64,000 nucleotides of DNA from Candidatus Aminicenantes bacterium (GTDB lineage Bacteria > Acidobacteriota > Aminicenantia > Aminicenantales > JAFGBC01): NCBI GenBank assembly GCA_963702005.1, contig OY969696.1:1920001-1984000 (forward strand), in the 5' to 3' direction. A program made the translations under genes and the position numbers. The stretch's first letter is position 1; the number at the start of each line of letters is the position of its first letter. The notes beneath the pieces are model-generated. The model was not told the origin of the DNA, did not search any database, and worked only from the letters and a program-made list of their open reading frames with translations. This document shows, in pieces, positions 56,587 through 64,000 of the stretch.

Positions 56587-58585
56587 ATGACAAAAGCCTT
56601 CTCGTTATTTTTAGCGGGTTTCTTGTCGCTTATCGGGCCGGCCGCGCTTTCGCGCGAAAGCCGGGGCCTCACCGAGACCGGTTTCCCGGGCCGCGATTCG
56701 GCCGCCGTCTGGCAGCAGCTCGGGCCCAATGGGGGGGAGATCAAGGCCGTCGTCTCCAATCCCCAGAACAAATCCGAGCTCTGGGCCATGACCGGCTCCA
56801 ACCCGGCGCTCTTCTTCAGGTCGACCGACTCGGGAGCGACCTGGAAGAGGATCGCCGTTGCGAAAGAGGCCTTACAAAGTTTTGTCGCCCACCCCGCGAA
56901 CGGCGCCCTCTACGCGCTGGGCGACATGACCATCTATAAGTCCACGGACCACGGCGTCAACTGGACGGCCTATTCCCTTGGGGATAAAAACTACGGATGG
57001 GGGGGTAGGATTGCCGCTCATCCCACCAACCCGAACGTGCTGTTCGTCGCCGGCTACCACGAGCAGGCCAACGGCCACCGGATTATGGCCTTTCTGAAAT
57101 CGGCCGACACCGGCAAGACCTGGACCTGCCAGCTTCTCGAAACCAGCTCCCTCAACGGCTATCTGAGAGCGCTGGCTGTGTCCCCCGCGAACCCGAACAT
57201 TCTGCTGGCGTCGGGACATTTCACCGATTCGAGCCTGGTCACCCATTACCGGATCTATAAGAGCCTGAACGGCGGAAAGACCTGGGCGAATAAAACTGGT
57301 GCGATCTCCGAGCTCGTCCGGGAGATCGTGGCCCATCCGACCAACCCCAACGCGTTTTATGCCGCCACGGACTCCAACATCTGGCGGACATCGAACGGCG
57401 CGGCCCTCTGGACGAAGAACAACGGCTACGCCAGGGGATATTGCTTGACCCTCGACGCCGCCCGGCCCGCGGTCCTCTATGCGGGGTCCGACGCCGAGGT
57501 CTTCCGGAGCTCGAACGGCGGGTTGGACTGGGAGGAGTCGATCACGGGAATCTTCGGGAGCATCTATGTCATCACGATTCTTCCGGCCAAGGTTCTCTGC
57601 GGATCGTCGGCCGGGGTCTTCGCGAGCGCGGTCGGGTCCGGGCGGGACTCTTGGCCCTCCTGGACGCCGGCCTCGAAGGGCATGCGAGCCGCCCTGATGA
57701 GAAATATCGTCGTGGCCCCTTCGTCCCCGAACATCCTTTACGCGACGCTGTACACTTACGGCATCTTCAAGAGCCTCAACGCAGGCTCGACCTGGCAGCC
57801 GCTGACGGGGCTCTATGCCGCCGGCTGCGCGTCCCGGCTCGCCGTCCATCCATCCCAGTCGGGCGTTATTTACGTGATGTTCGATGTTCTGGGGAGCCGA
57901 TCCCTTCTATAGAAGTAAGGACGGCGGCAAGACCTGGACGTTGCTGATGTCGGACGAATGCCGCGATTTCGTCCTGAGTCCGAAGAATCCCGACCATATC
58001 TTCATCGCCGGCCAGACGACGTCCGGCTCGGACACCGTCATGGCCCTCCATCGGTCCCTGGACGGCGGCGCCCATTGGAGCCACCCGGCGCTGTCGTCGG
58101 CGGCGGGAAGCTGTGGATACGCCGTTGCCGTCGATCCCAAGGACGACGCTATCGTCTACCTGGGCGGGGACAGCTCCGGAAGCGCGGCGCTCTTCAAGTC
58201 GACAAACCAGGGAGAGGGCTGGGCGAATATCACGGGCGAGCTCACCGGGAGGGTCGTGGATATCGCCATCGATCCCAAGAACACGAGCAGGGTCTACGTT
58301 GCGACCCTTGACGGAGTCTGGAAGAGCGAGAACGGAGGGGCGTCCTGGACGAGCAGCTACGGCGCCGGTATCGGCTCCCTGTTCATCCATCCAACAGCCA
58401 CCAATATCATCTATGCCGCCGGATACTACGGAATCTTTGTGAGCAAGAATTACGGGGCGACTTGGGCCGCCTTCGACCAGGGGCTGACCGTGAAGACCAA
58501 CGTCGTCCAGCTAGACATCAATAAGGCGACCCAAACGCTCTTCGCGGCCTGCTACGGCGGCAGCGTCTGTAAGCGCAAACTCTAA
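56587..58585 (+). pseudogene. Secreted BNR/Asp-box beta-propeller protein, frameshifted by a 7-bp duplication
   Basis: Repeated S.D.G.TW boxes in both ORFs (56578-57912, 57884-58585); GATGTTC duplicated at 57876-57889. Confidence 0.85.
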
Positions 58586-58650
58586 GGGTCAAACCTACAC
58601 TTTAGCACTTAGTGCATATGCACTTTGTGCTAAAGTGTAGGTTTGACCCT
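58585..58650. repeat. 66-bp near-perfect palindrome (REP-like) between convergent genes
   Basis: 24-bp perfect arms AGGGTCAAACCTACACTTTAGCAC / GTGCTAAAGTGTAGGTTTGACCCT around a 14-bp inner palindrome. Confidence 0.9.
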
Positions 58651-58667
58651 GATCGGCTGATCGGGCT

Positions 58668-59927
58668 TTAAAAATCAAAATCAAGCAATAGAGTGAAGAG
58701 ATTGTCCTTCGTAGGCTCTATGACGCCGATCGTGCGACGGGAATATTCGGCATGGAGGGCGACGTTGACGGCCGACCAGCTCCCTAGATAGTAACGGACC
58801 AGAGCCGAGAAGGCGTTCAGCCGCTGGGGTTCGGCGCCGGCGGGCGGCCGGACCCAATTGTACATCAACGAGGCGATCAGGCGGTTGTCGGCCAGACCGG
58901 TCCAGTCGAGCTGGGCGATTCCTCCCCAGAACTTATAGTCTTGGGCGGGGTCGATGTCGTTGAAAATCTTGTCGTCCACCCCGCGGAAGGCCATTGCCTG
59001 CAGATTGAAGGCCTTCCAATTCAGGCTCAGGCTTCCGCCCAGCCGGTAGAAGTTCTTGTTCTTCTCGCCGTTGATGTCTCCGACCGGCGAGACGTCGGAC
59101 GAAAGGAATTCGGTCGGCTGCCAACCGTAATAGCCGAAGACGGCGATGCGCTGCCCGGCCGATTGGCCCTCACCCCGGCCGATGGTCTGGGACAGGACGC
59201 AATAGACATCCTTGTAGGAGTTGTTATCGGGATTGGCGCCGTTGCCGTTGACGTAGCCCAGCCCGTATTTGAAGCCGCCCCGGAAATGTCCGGTGGCCTC
59301 GATCCCGAGCTGGTTGGCGGAATAATCGAAGCCGTTCAGCCCCCCGACGAAATTGTAGATCTCGAACGGCTGGAGGATGTAATAGAGACGCTTGGAGCTG
59401 AGCAGTTGGAAGGACGGCTCGAAGCGGCCGATGCGCAGGTTGAGTTTGTCCCGGATCAGGTTGCTGAAAATGAGGCTGGCCGACTCGACCGCCGCCAGTT
59501 GGGCCGGATTATCGCCCGAGCCCGGGCCGTGGAAATCGGCCGCCGGCTCGTCGATGCGCGGGGTGTAGACGAACAGGAACGAGATATTCTTGTGGAGGAC
59601 GCCCGCCGCCAGCAGGTCCAGGCCGTAGATGTGGAAGCCGGCCATCGTGCCCTTCCCGGCTTCATAGAGGGAATAGCCCGTGGTCGTCCGCACGGCGATC
59701 GGAACGGCGGTCTCGAAGACGGTCTTCTCCAGGCCCGCTTGACCGGGGATCTGGTAGCCGTTGTCGCGGAAGCGCTGGCCGAAATCGTTCAACTTGGGAA
59801 ATGCGACGTGGCACATGTTGCAGTTGAAGCCGTACTTGCGGGCGAAGGCCGGGATGGCCGACAGGCTCTGGCTGAAGAGGAGAAGCGCCGCGGCGGCGCA
59901 GACGGTGATGGTCAAGGTTCTTTTCAT
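58668..59927 (-). CDS. Fused monoheme cytochrome c - outer-membrane porin (Cyc2/ExtI-like)
   Basis: Signal peptide, AIPAFARKYGFNCNMCH..PKLN.FG..F..NGY, beta-barrel pattern, C-terminal Phe. Confidence 0.82.
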   Translation of the reverse strand: MKRTLTITVCAAAALLLFSQSLSAIPAFARKYGFNCNMCHVAFPKLNDFGQRFRDNGYQIPGQAGLEKTVFETAVPIAVRTTTGYSLYEAGKGTMAGFHIYGLDLLAAGVLHKNISFLFVYTPRIDEPAADFHGPGSGDNPAQLAAVESASLIFSNLIRDKLNLRIGRFEPSFQLLSSKRLYYILQPFEIYNFVGGLNGFDYSANQLGIEATGHFRGGFKYGLGYVNGNGANPDNNSYKDVYCVLSQTIGRGEGQSAGQRIAVFGYYGWQPTEFLSSDVSPVGDINGEKNKNFYRLGGSLSLNWKAFNLQAMAFRGVDDKIFNDIDPAQDYKFWGGIAQLDWTGLADNRLIASLMYNWVRPPAGAEPQRLNAFSALVRYYLGSWSAVNVALHAEYSRRTIGVIEPTKDNLFTLLLDFDF

Positions 59928-59937
59928 GGCCTTCTCC

Positions 59938-61056
59938 TCACTTCCCCGGCTTCTTGTGGTGAGGCGGTTTGGCCTCGTGATGATTCGGCTTGACTCCGAG
60001 CTGAATCGGTTTGACGTCGGCGACTTCGGGGTTGAGGCTGGTCAAGGCTTTGATGAAGGCCACCAGGGCTGCTTCCTCCGTCCGGGTCAAGCCCAGCGGG
60101 ACCATGAGGGGATCCAAATTGGGATCCTTGCCGCCGCCCCGGTCGTAGAACACGATCAACGCTTCCAGCGTTTTTTCCGATCCGTCGTGAAGGTAGGGAG
60201 CCCTTAGGGCCGCGTCCCGGACGGTTGGGGTTTTGAAGGCGCCCATGTCGCGCGGGTCTTTAGTCACGGCGTAGCGCCCCTGATCGGGATTCTTGGGGTC
60301 CTTGTGCGGCACGCCGAGATTGTGGAAACGGCCGTCGCTGAAATAAGGGCCCCAGTGGCAGGCCGTGCAGTGGCCCTTGCCGTTGAAGATCTCGAGCCCC
60401 TGCTTTTCCGGCTTGGTCAGGGCCTGCTGATCGCCGCGCACGTAGCGATCGAAGCGGGAATCCGTGGTGACCACCGTGCGCTCGAAAGCGGCGATGGCGT
60501 CGGCGACCTGCTGGACCGTGATCGGTCCCTCCCCGAACACTTCCTTGAACAGTTTGACGTAGCCGGGAATGTCGGCGACGGTGCGGATCATCGCTTCGTG
60601 GGTGTTGCCCATCTCGATGGGATTCTGGATCGGCCCCTTGGCTTGATCTTCGAGCGAGGGGGAGCGCCCATCCCAGAACTGGAGCGGGCTGTAGGCGGCG
60701 TTGGAGACCGGCGGGGCGCGGCGGCCGCCCATCTGGCCTTTGATGCCTTTGCTGGTCGGCCCGGCGTCGGACCAGCCCAGGGCCGGGTTGTGGCAGGAGG
60801 CGCAGCTGACCGTGCTGTCGCTCGATAGGCGCGCGTCGAAATAGAGCATCTTGCCCAGCAGAATCTTGGCGCTCGACTGCGGGTTGGAGGGGGGGATGAC
60901 GACGGGCGGCAGCGGGCCCAGCCGCTGGGGGCCGAGCTGCTGGCAGTTGACCTTCGTGATCGGAGGCGTTTGGTCTTCGGCCGACAGCCGGATAACGCCC
61001 CAGCCGGCCAAGACCAGGCAGACGGGAAGAATCATCCACCACGTTTTCTTTTTCAT
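59938..61056 (-). CDS. Diheme cytochrome c peroxidase / MauG-family protein
   Basis: CASCH and CTACH, QFWDGR, GPIQNPIEMG, FKTPT.R, PYLHDG. Confidence 0.92.
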   Translation of the reverse strand: MKKKTWWMILPVCLVLAGWGVIRLSAEDQTPPITKVNCQQLGPQRLGPLPPVVIPPSNPQSSAKILLGKMLYFDARLSSDSTVSCASCHNPALGWSDAGPTSKGIKGQMGGRRAPPVSNAAYSPLQFWDGRSPSLEDQAKGPIQNPIEMGNTHEAMIRTVADIPGYVKLFKEVFGEGPITVQQVADAIAAFERTVVTTDSRFDRYVRGDQQALTKPEKQGLEIFNGKGHCTACHWGPYFSDGRFHNLGVPHKDPKNPDQGRYAVTKDPRDMGAFKTPTVRDAALRAPYLHDGSEKTLEALIVFYDRGGGKDPNLDPLMVPLGLTRTEEAALVAFIKALTSLNPEVADVKPIQLGVKPNHHEAKPPHHKKPGK

Positions 61057-61108
61057 GTTTGCCCTCTTTTTAGGCCTCCTTAATATTTTATCAGTACGCA
61101 AAAAAAAT

Positions 61109-61366
61109 TCAATCCCCTTCGCGGGATTCCACGGACATTCATGCACTCATGAACCAGAAACGGTTCATGAGTACTGGCAGTCGTTTCGCAGCACCCATAA
61201 GCCGGAAACGGCTTATGGGTGCGCTCCAATGAGCATTAGTCCGTGGAGCTTCGGCCGGGGAGCAGCCTTGCAGCACCCACAAGCCGTCTCCGGCTTGTGA
61301 GTACTGCGAAACGCCTGCACCCATACTAAGCCGTTTCCGGCTTAGTATGGGTGTCGAGGGTTTGAC
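61109..61366 (-). repeat. Compound palindromic element, copy D (four REP-like hairpins)
   Basis: Reverse complement starts GTCAAACCCTCGAC; four related hairpins of the type ACCCATAAGCCG-gaaa-CGGCTTATGGGT; ends GCGAAGGGG. Confidence 0.8.
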
Positions 61367-61390
61367 TCTCGGAGTTCGAATTGATATCCT
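61362..61390 (+). promoter_or_regulatory. Sigma70-type promoter of the fucosidase gene
   Basis: TTGACT-17 nt-TATCCT; the -35 coincides with the repeat terminus. Confidence 0.6.
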
Positions 61391-61432
61391 CCGCTTGAAC
61401 GGTATGCGCCTTCCTTTAGGAAAGGAGTCATC

Positions 61433-62890
61433 ATGGGGAAATTCTTAAGCGGAAAGGAATGGGCGACGTCGGGGTGGATCCTGGCCCTGGCCGTCCTGCT
61501 TGTGCTGTTGACGACCCGCGTTTCCGGGGCCAAGCCCACGGCGGCCCGCGCTCGGGCTTCCCAGGCCAAACCGGCCGCGGCCGCTAAGCCGGCGCCGGCC
61601 GCTCCGGCCGCCGATAAAATGAAGTGGTGGACCGAAGCCCGCTTCGGGATGTTCATCCACTGGGGTCTTTACGCGCTCCCGGCCCGCCACGAGTGGGTCA
61701 AACGGAATGAACGGCTCACGAACGGGGACTACCAAAAATATTTCGACCACTTCAATCCCGACCTTTACGATCCGGCCGCCTGGGCCCGGGCCGCCAAGAA
61801 CGCGGGCATGAAGTATTTCGTGGTCACGACCAAGCACCACGAGGGTTTTTGCCTCTGGGATTCGAAATACACCGATTACAAGGCGACCAAGACGCCCTAC
61901 GGCAAGGATCTCCTCAAGCCCCTGGTCAAGGCCATGCGCGACGAGGGACTCAAGGTCGGGTTCTATCATTCCCTGCTCGACTGGCACCACCCCGACTATC
62001 CGATCGATAAATACCACCCGATGGCCGAGAACGCCGCGTTCCGCGAGAAAGCCAAGGAGCGCGACATCCGCAAATACGCCGAATACCTCCACAACCAAGT
62101 CCGCGAGCTCCTGACCGAGTTCGGCCCGATCGATTGTCTGTTCATGGACTTTTCCTTCCCCGGTCCGGACGGCAAGGGCCGCGACGACTGGCAATCCCAG
62201 AAGCTCATCAAGATGATCCGCGAGCTCCAGCCCAACATCATCGTCGACGACCGGCTCGACCTCCTGGATGTCCCGGGCGGCTGGGACTACCGGACGCCCG
62301 AGCAATTCATGCCGCGAGGCTGGGTCACCGTCGACGGGAAGCCCGTTCCCTGGGAGACCTGCCAGACCTTCTCGGGCTCCTGGGGCTACCACCGGGACGA
62401 AGCGACCTGGAAGAGCGTCCGCCAGCTCCTCGTCATGCTCATCGAGACGGTCAGCAAGGGCGGGAACCTCCTCCTTAACGTCGGGCCGACCGCCCGGGGG
62501 ACCTTTGACGACCGGGCCAGCGAACGTCTCGAGGGGATGGGGAAATGGCTGAATCTCCACGGCCGTTCGATTTACGGCTGCACCCAGGCCCCGGCCGAGT
62601 TTCCCAAGCCCGATAACTGTCTCCTGACCTGGAACCCGGATACCAAGCGCCTCTACGTCCACGTCCTCGACTGGCCGATGGGCGTTTTAGCCCTCGACGG
62701 CATGGCGGGCCGCATCGAATACGCCCAGCTCCTCAACGACGCCTCCGAAGTCCCCTTCAGCGAGGAGACGGACGAGTCCGGGTTCATGGCCGGGAAGCGC
62801 GAGGAAAAATCGCCCAAAGCGGTCATTTTACAGCTTCCTGTTTTGAAGCCGGCCGTCGAAGTCCCGGTCATCGAACTCTTCCTGAAATAA
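61433..62890 (+). CDS. Alpha-L-fucosidase GH29
   Basis: ARFGMFIHWG, TTKHHEGF, ELLTEFG, TPEQ, WETCQT, GNLLLNVGP. Confidence 0.95.
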   Translation: MGKFLSGKEWATSGWILALAVLLVLLTTRVSGAKPTAARARASQAKPAAAAKPAPAAPAADKMKWWTEARFGMFIHWGLYALPARHEWVKRNERLTNGDYQKYFDHFNPDLYDPAAWARAAKNAGMKYFVVTTKHHEGFCLWDSKYTDYKATKTPYGKDLLKPLVKAMRDEGLKVGFYHSLLDWHHPDYPIDKYHPMAENAAFREKAKERDIRKYAEYLHNQVRELLTEFGPIDCLFMDFSFPGPDGKGRDDWQSQKLIKMIRELQPNIIVDDRLDLLDVPGGWDYRTPEQFMPRGWVTVDGKPVPWETCQTFSGSWGYHRDEATWKSVRQLLVMLIETVSKGGNLLLNVGPTARGTFDDRASERLEGMGKWLNLHGRSIYGCTQAPAEFPKPDNCLLTWNPDTKRLYVHVLDWPMGVLALDGMAGRIEYAQLLNDASEVPFSEETDESGFMAGKREEKSPKAVILQLPVLKPAVEVPVIELFLK

Positions 62891-62957
62891 TTCGTATCAA
62901 TCTCCGATATCCCGGCTATGCCGGCGTGAGTCGCGCTGTGGTTCAGGAAGGTGGAGA

Positions 62958-64000
62958 ATGAGATTGAGATCGCTCCTTGTCGGAAAGGCCGCGGCGGCCG
63001 TCGGCTTGGCCGTTTTATTCGCGGGCCTGGTCGGTCCCCTGGCCGCCGAGACCAAGAACTATTACTTCCCCGAGGTCCGGATAAAGATCGACATCCGGGA
63101 GGACGGCTCATTCACCGTCGACGAGTTCCGGACCTACGAATTCCAGGGGCGGTTCTCCTGGGCTAACCTTTGGATTCCGCTCCGGCTCGACCGTAAAGGC
63201 TACCGCTACGACGCTGCGCTCGAGGATTTCACTGTTTCCGACGAACAAGGGGCGCCGCTCCGGCTCGAGACCGGCGTCGAGAACGGGACCTTCCAGGCGA
63301 AGTGGTATTACTCGGCCCGCAACGAGCGTCGGACCTTCCATATCCACTACGTCGTGAAAGGCGGCGTCATCTCTTATCCCGAGGTGACCGAACTCTATTG
63401 GCAGCCGATCGGGAGCGAATGCGAAAAACCCACCCGCGAGGTCTCGATCGAGGTCGCGCTGCCCCGGGATGTCCCCTCGCGCGACGATCTCCTCGTCTAC
63501 GGGCACGGGCCGCTCTCGGGATGGGCCGAGATCATGGACCTCAGGACGGCCCGATTTACGGCGACGAACGTCCCTTCCCGCCAGTCTGTCGAAATTAGGA
63601 TGATCTGGCCGCCCGGACTCGTCAACGGCGTTCCGGGGACCGGCCGGACGCGGGCGTCGATCAAGGCCGAGGAAGCCCGCTTCGTCCAGGACACGATCGT
63701 ACGGGTTCAACGTTCCGCCGAGGATCGGGCGAGGCGCAGGCGCCTCGTCGGGATCATCGGCCTCGCCTGGGTTGCCTGGCTCATCGTTGGCCCCCTGATC
63801 TGGCTTGCGATTTATTTAAGGGCTTGGGGGGAGGTCGGGCGCGACTATCGATTCGAGGGAATGCCGGAATACTATCGCGAACCGCCTTCGGACCTACCGC
63901 CCGCCCTGGTCGAGGTCCTGCTCCATCAAGCGGGGTACGGATATCCGACGCCGCGCTCGTTCACGGCGACCCTGTTCGACCTGGCCCGCCGCGGCTACGT
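62958..64000 (+). CDS. DUF2207 membrane protein (runs off the right edge)
   Basis: Manual translation MRLRSLLVGKAAAAVGLAVLF...IDIREDGSFTVDE.RTYEF, ELYWQ.IG, YYREPPSDLPPA, ATLFDLARRGY. Confidence 0.85.
   Translation, partial: MRLRSLLVGKAAAAVGLAVLFAGLVGPLAAETKNYYFPEVRIKIDIREDGSFTVDEFRTYEFQGRFSWANLWIPLRLDRKGYRYDAALEDFTVSDEQGAPLRLETGVENGTFQAKWYYSARNERRTFHIHYVVKGGVISYPEVTELYWQPIGSECEKPTREVSIEVALPRDVPSRDDLLVYGHGPLSGWAEIMDLRTARFTATNVPSRQSVEIRMIWPPGLVNGVPGTGRTRASIKAEEARFVQDTIVRVQRSAEDRARRRRLVGIIGLAWVAWLIVGPLIWLAIYLRAWGEVGRDYRFEGMPEYYREPPSDLPPALVEVLLHQAGYGYPTPRSFTATLFDLARRGY

Noticed and set aside
58668-59927. Firm claim of iron oxidation
   Set aside because: The motif alone cannot separate Cyc2 from other cytochrome-porins, and no other Fe-oxidation genes are in the window
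61143-61353. Possible CRISPR array (four similar palindromes)
   Set aside because: Repeats are non-identical, occur in both orientations with irregular, mutually related linkers, and no cas genes are present

Overview
High-GC bacterial genomic window, densely coding, with no rRNA, tRNA, CRISPR array or transposase detected by eye. The gene repertoire (VWA-type secreted protein, two DUF5916 proteins, many secreted glycosidases and peptidases) suggests an anaerobic diderm polymer degrader such as Ca. Aminicenantes/Acidobacteriota; this taxonomy is inference only. Main blocks, in order: a CusRS-like two-component operon with envelope proteins; an sxtIJK-like carbamoyltransferase cassette with a divergent SGNH hydrolase and methyltransferase; a TldD/TldE pair preceded by a separate Tat-signal mini-protein; an operon of DctM-like permease, 51-aa membrane protein, deacylase, two C69 dipeptidases and DUF6305; a 1-kb low-GC islet; ycbB and ycbK split by two genes; a 3-ketoglycoside-type catabolic operon; and a MauG-like diheme enzyme next to a Cyc2-like cytochrome-porin. 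The most distinctive non-coding signal is a family of four modular palindromic elements that start GTCAA-N4-TCGAC. Two of them show compensatory base-pair changes, and two abut a TTGAC -35 box with a correctly spaced -10. Several deletion scars or frameshifts are also visible. All family assignments come from motif recognition, not database searches.
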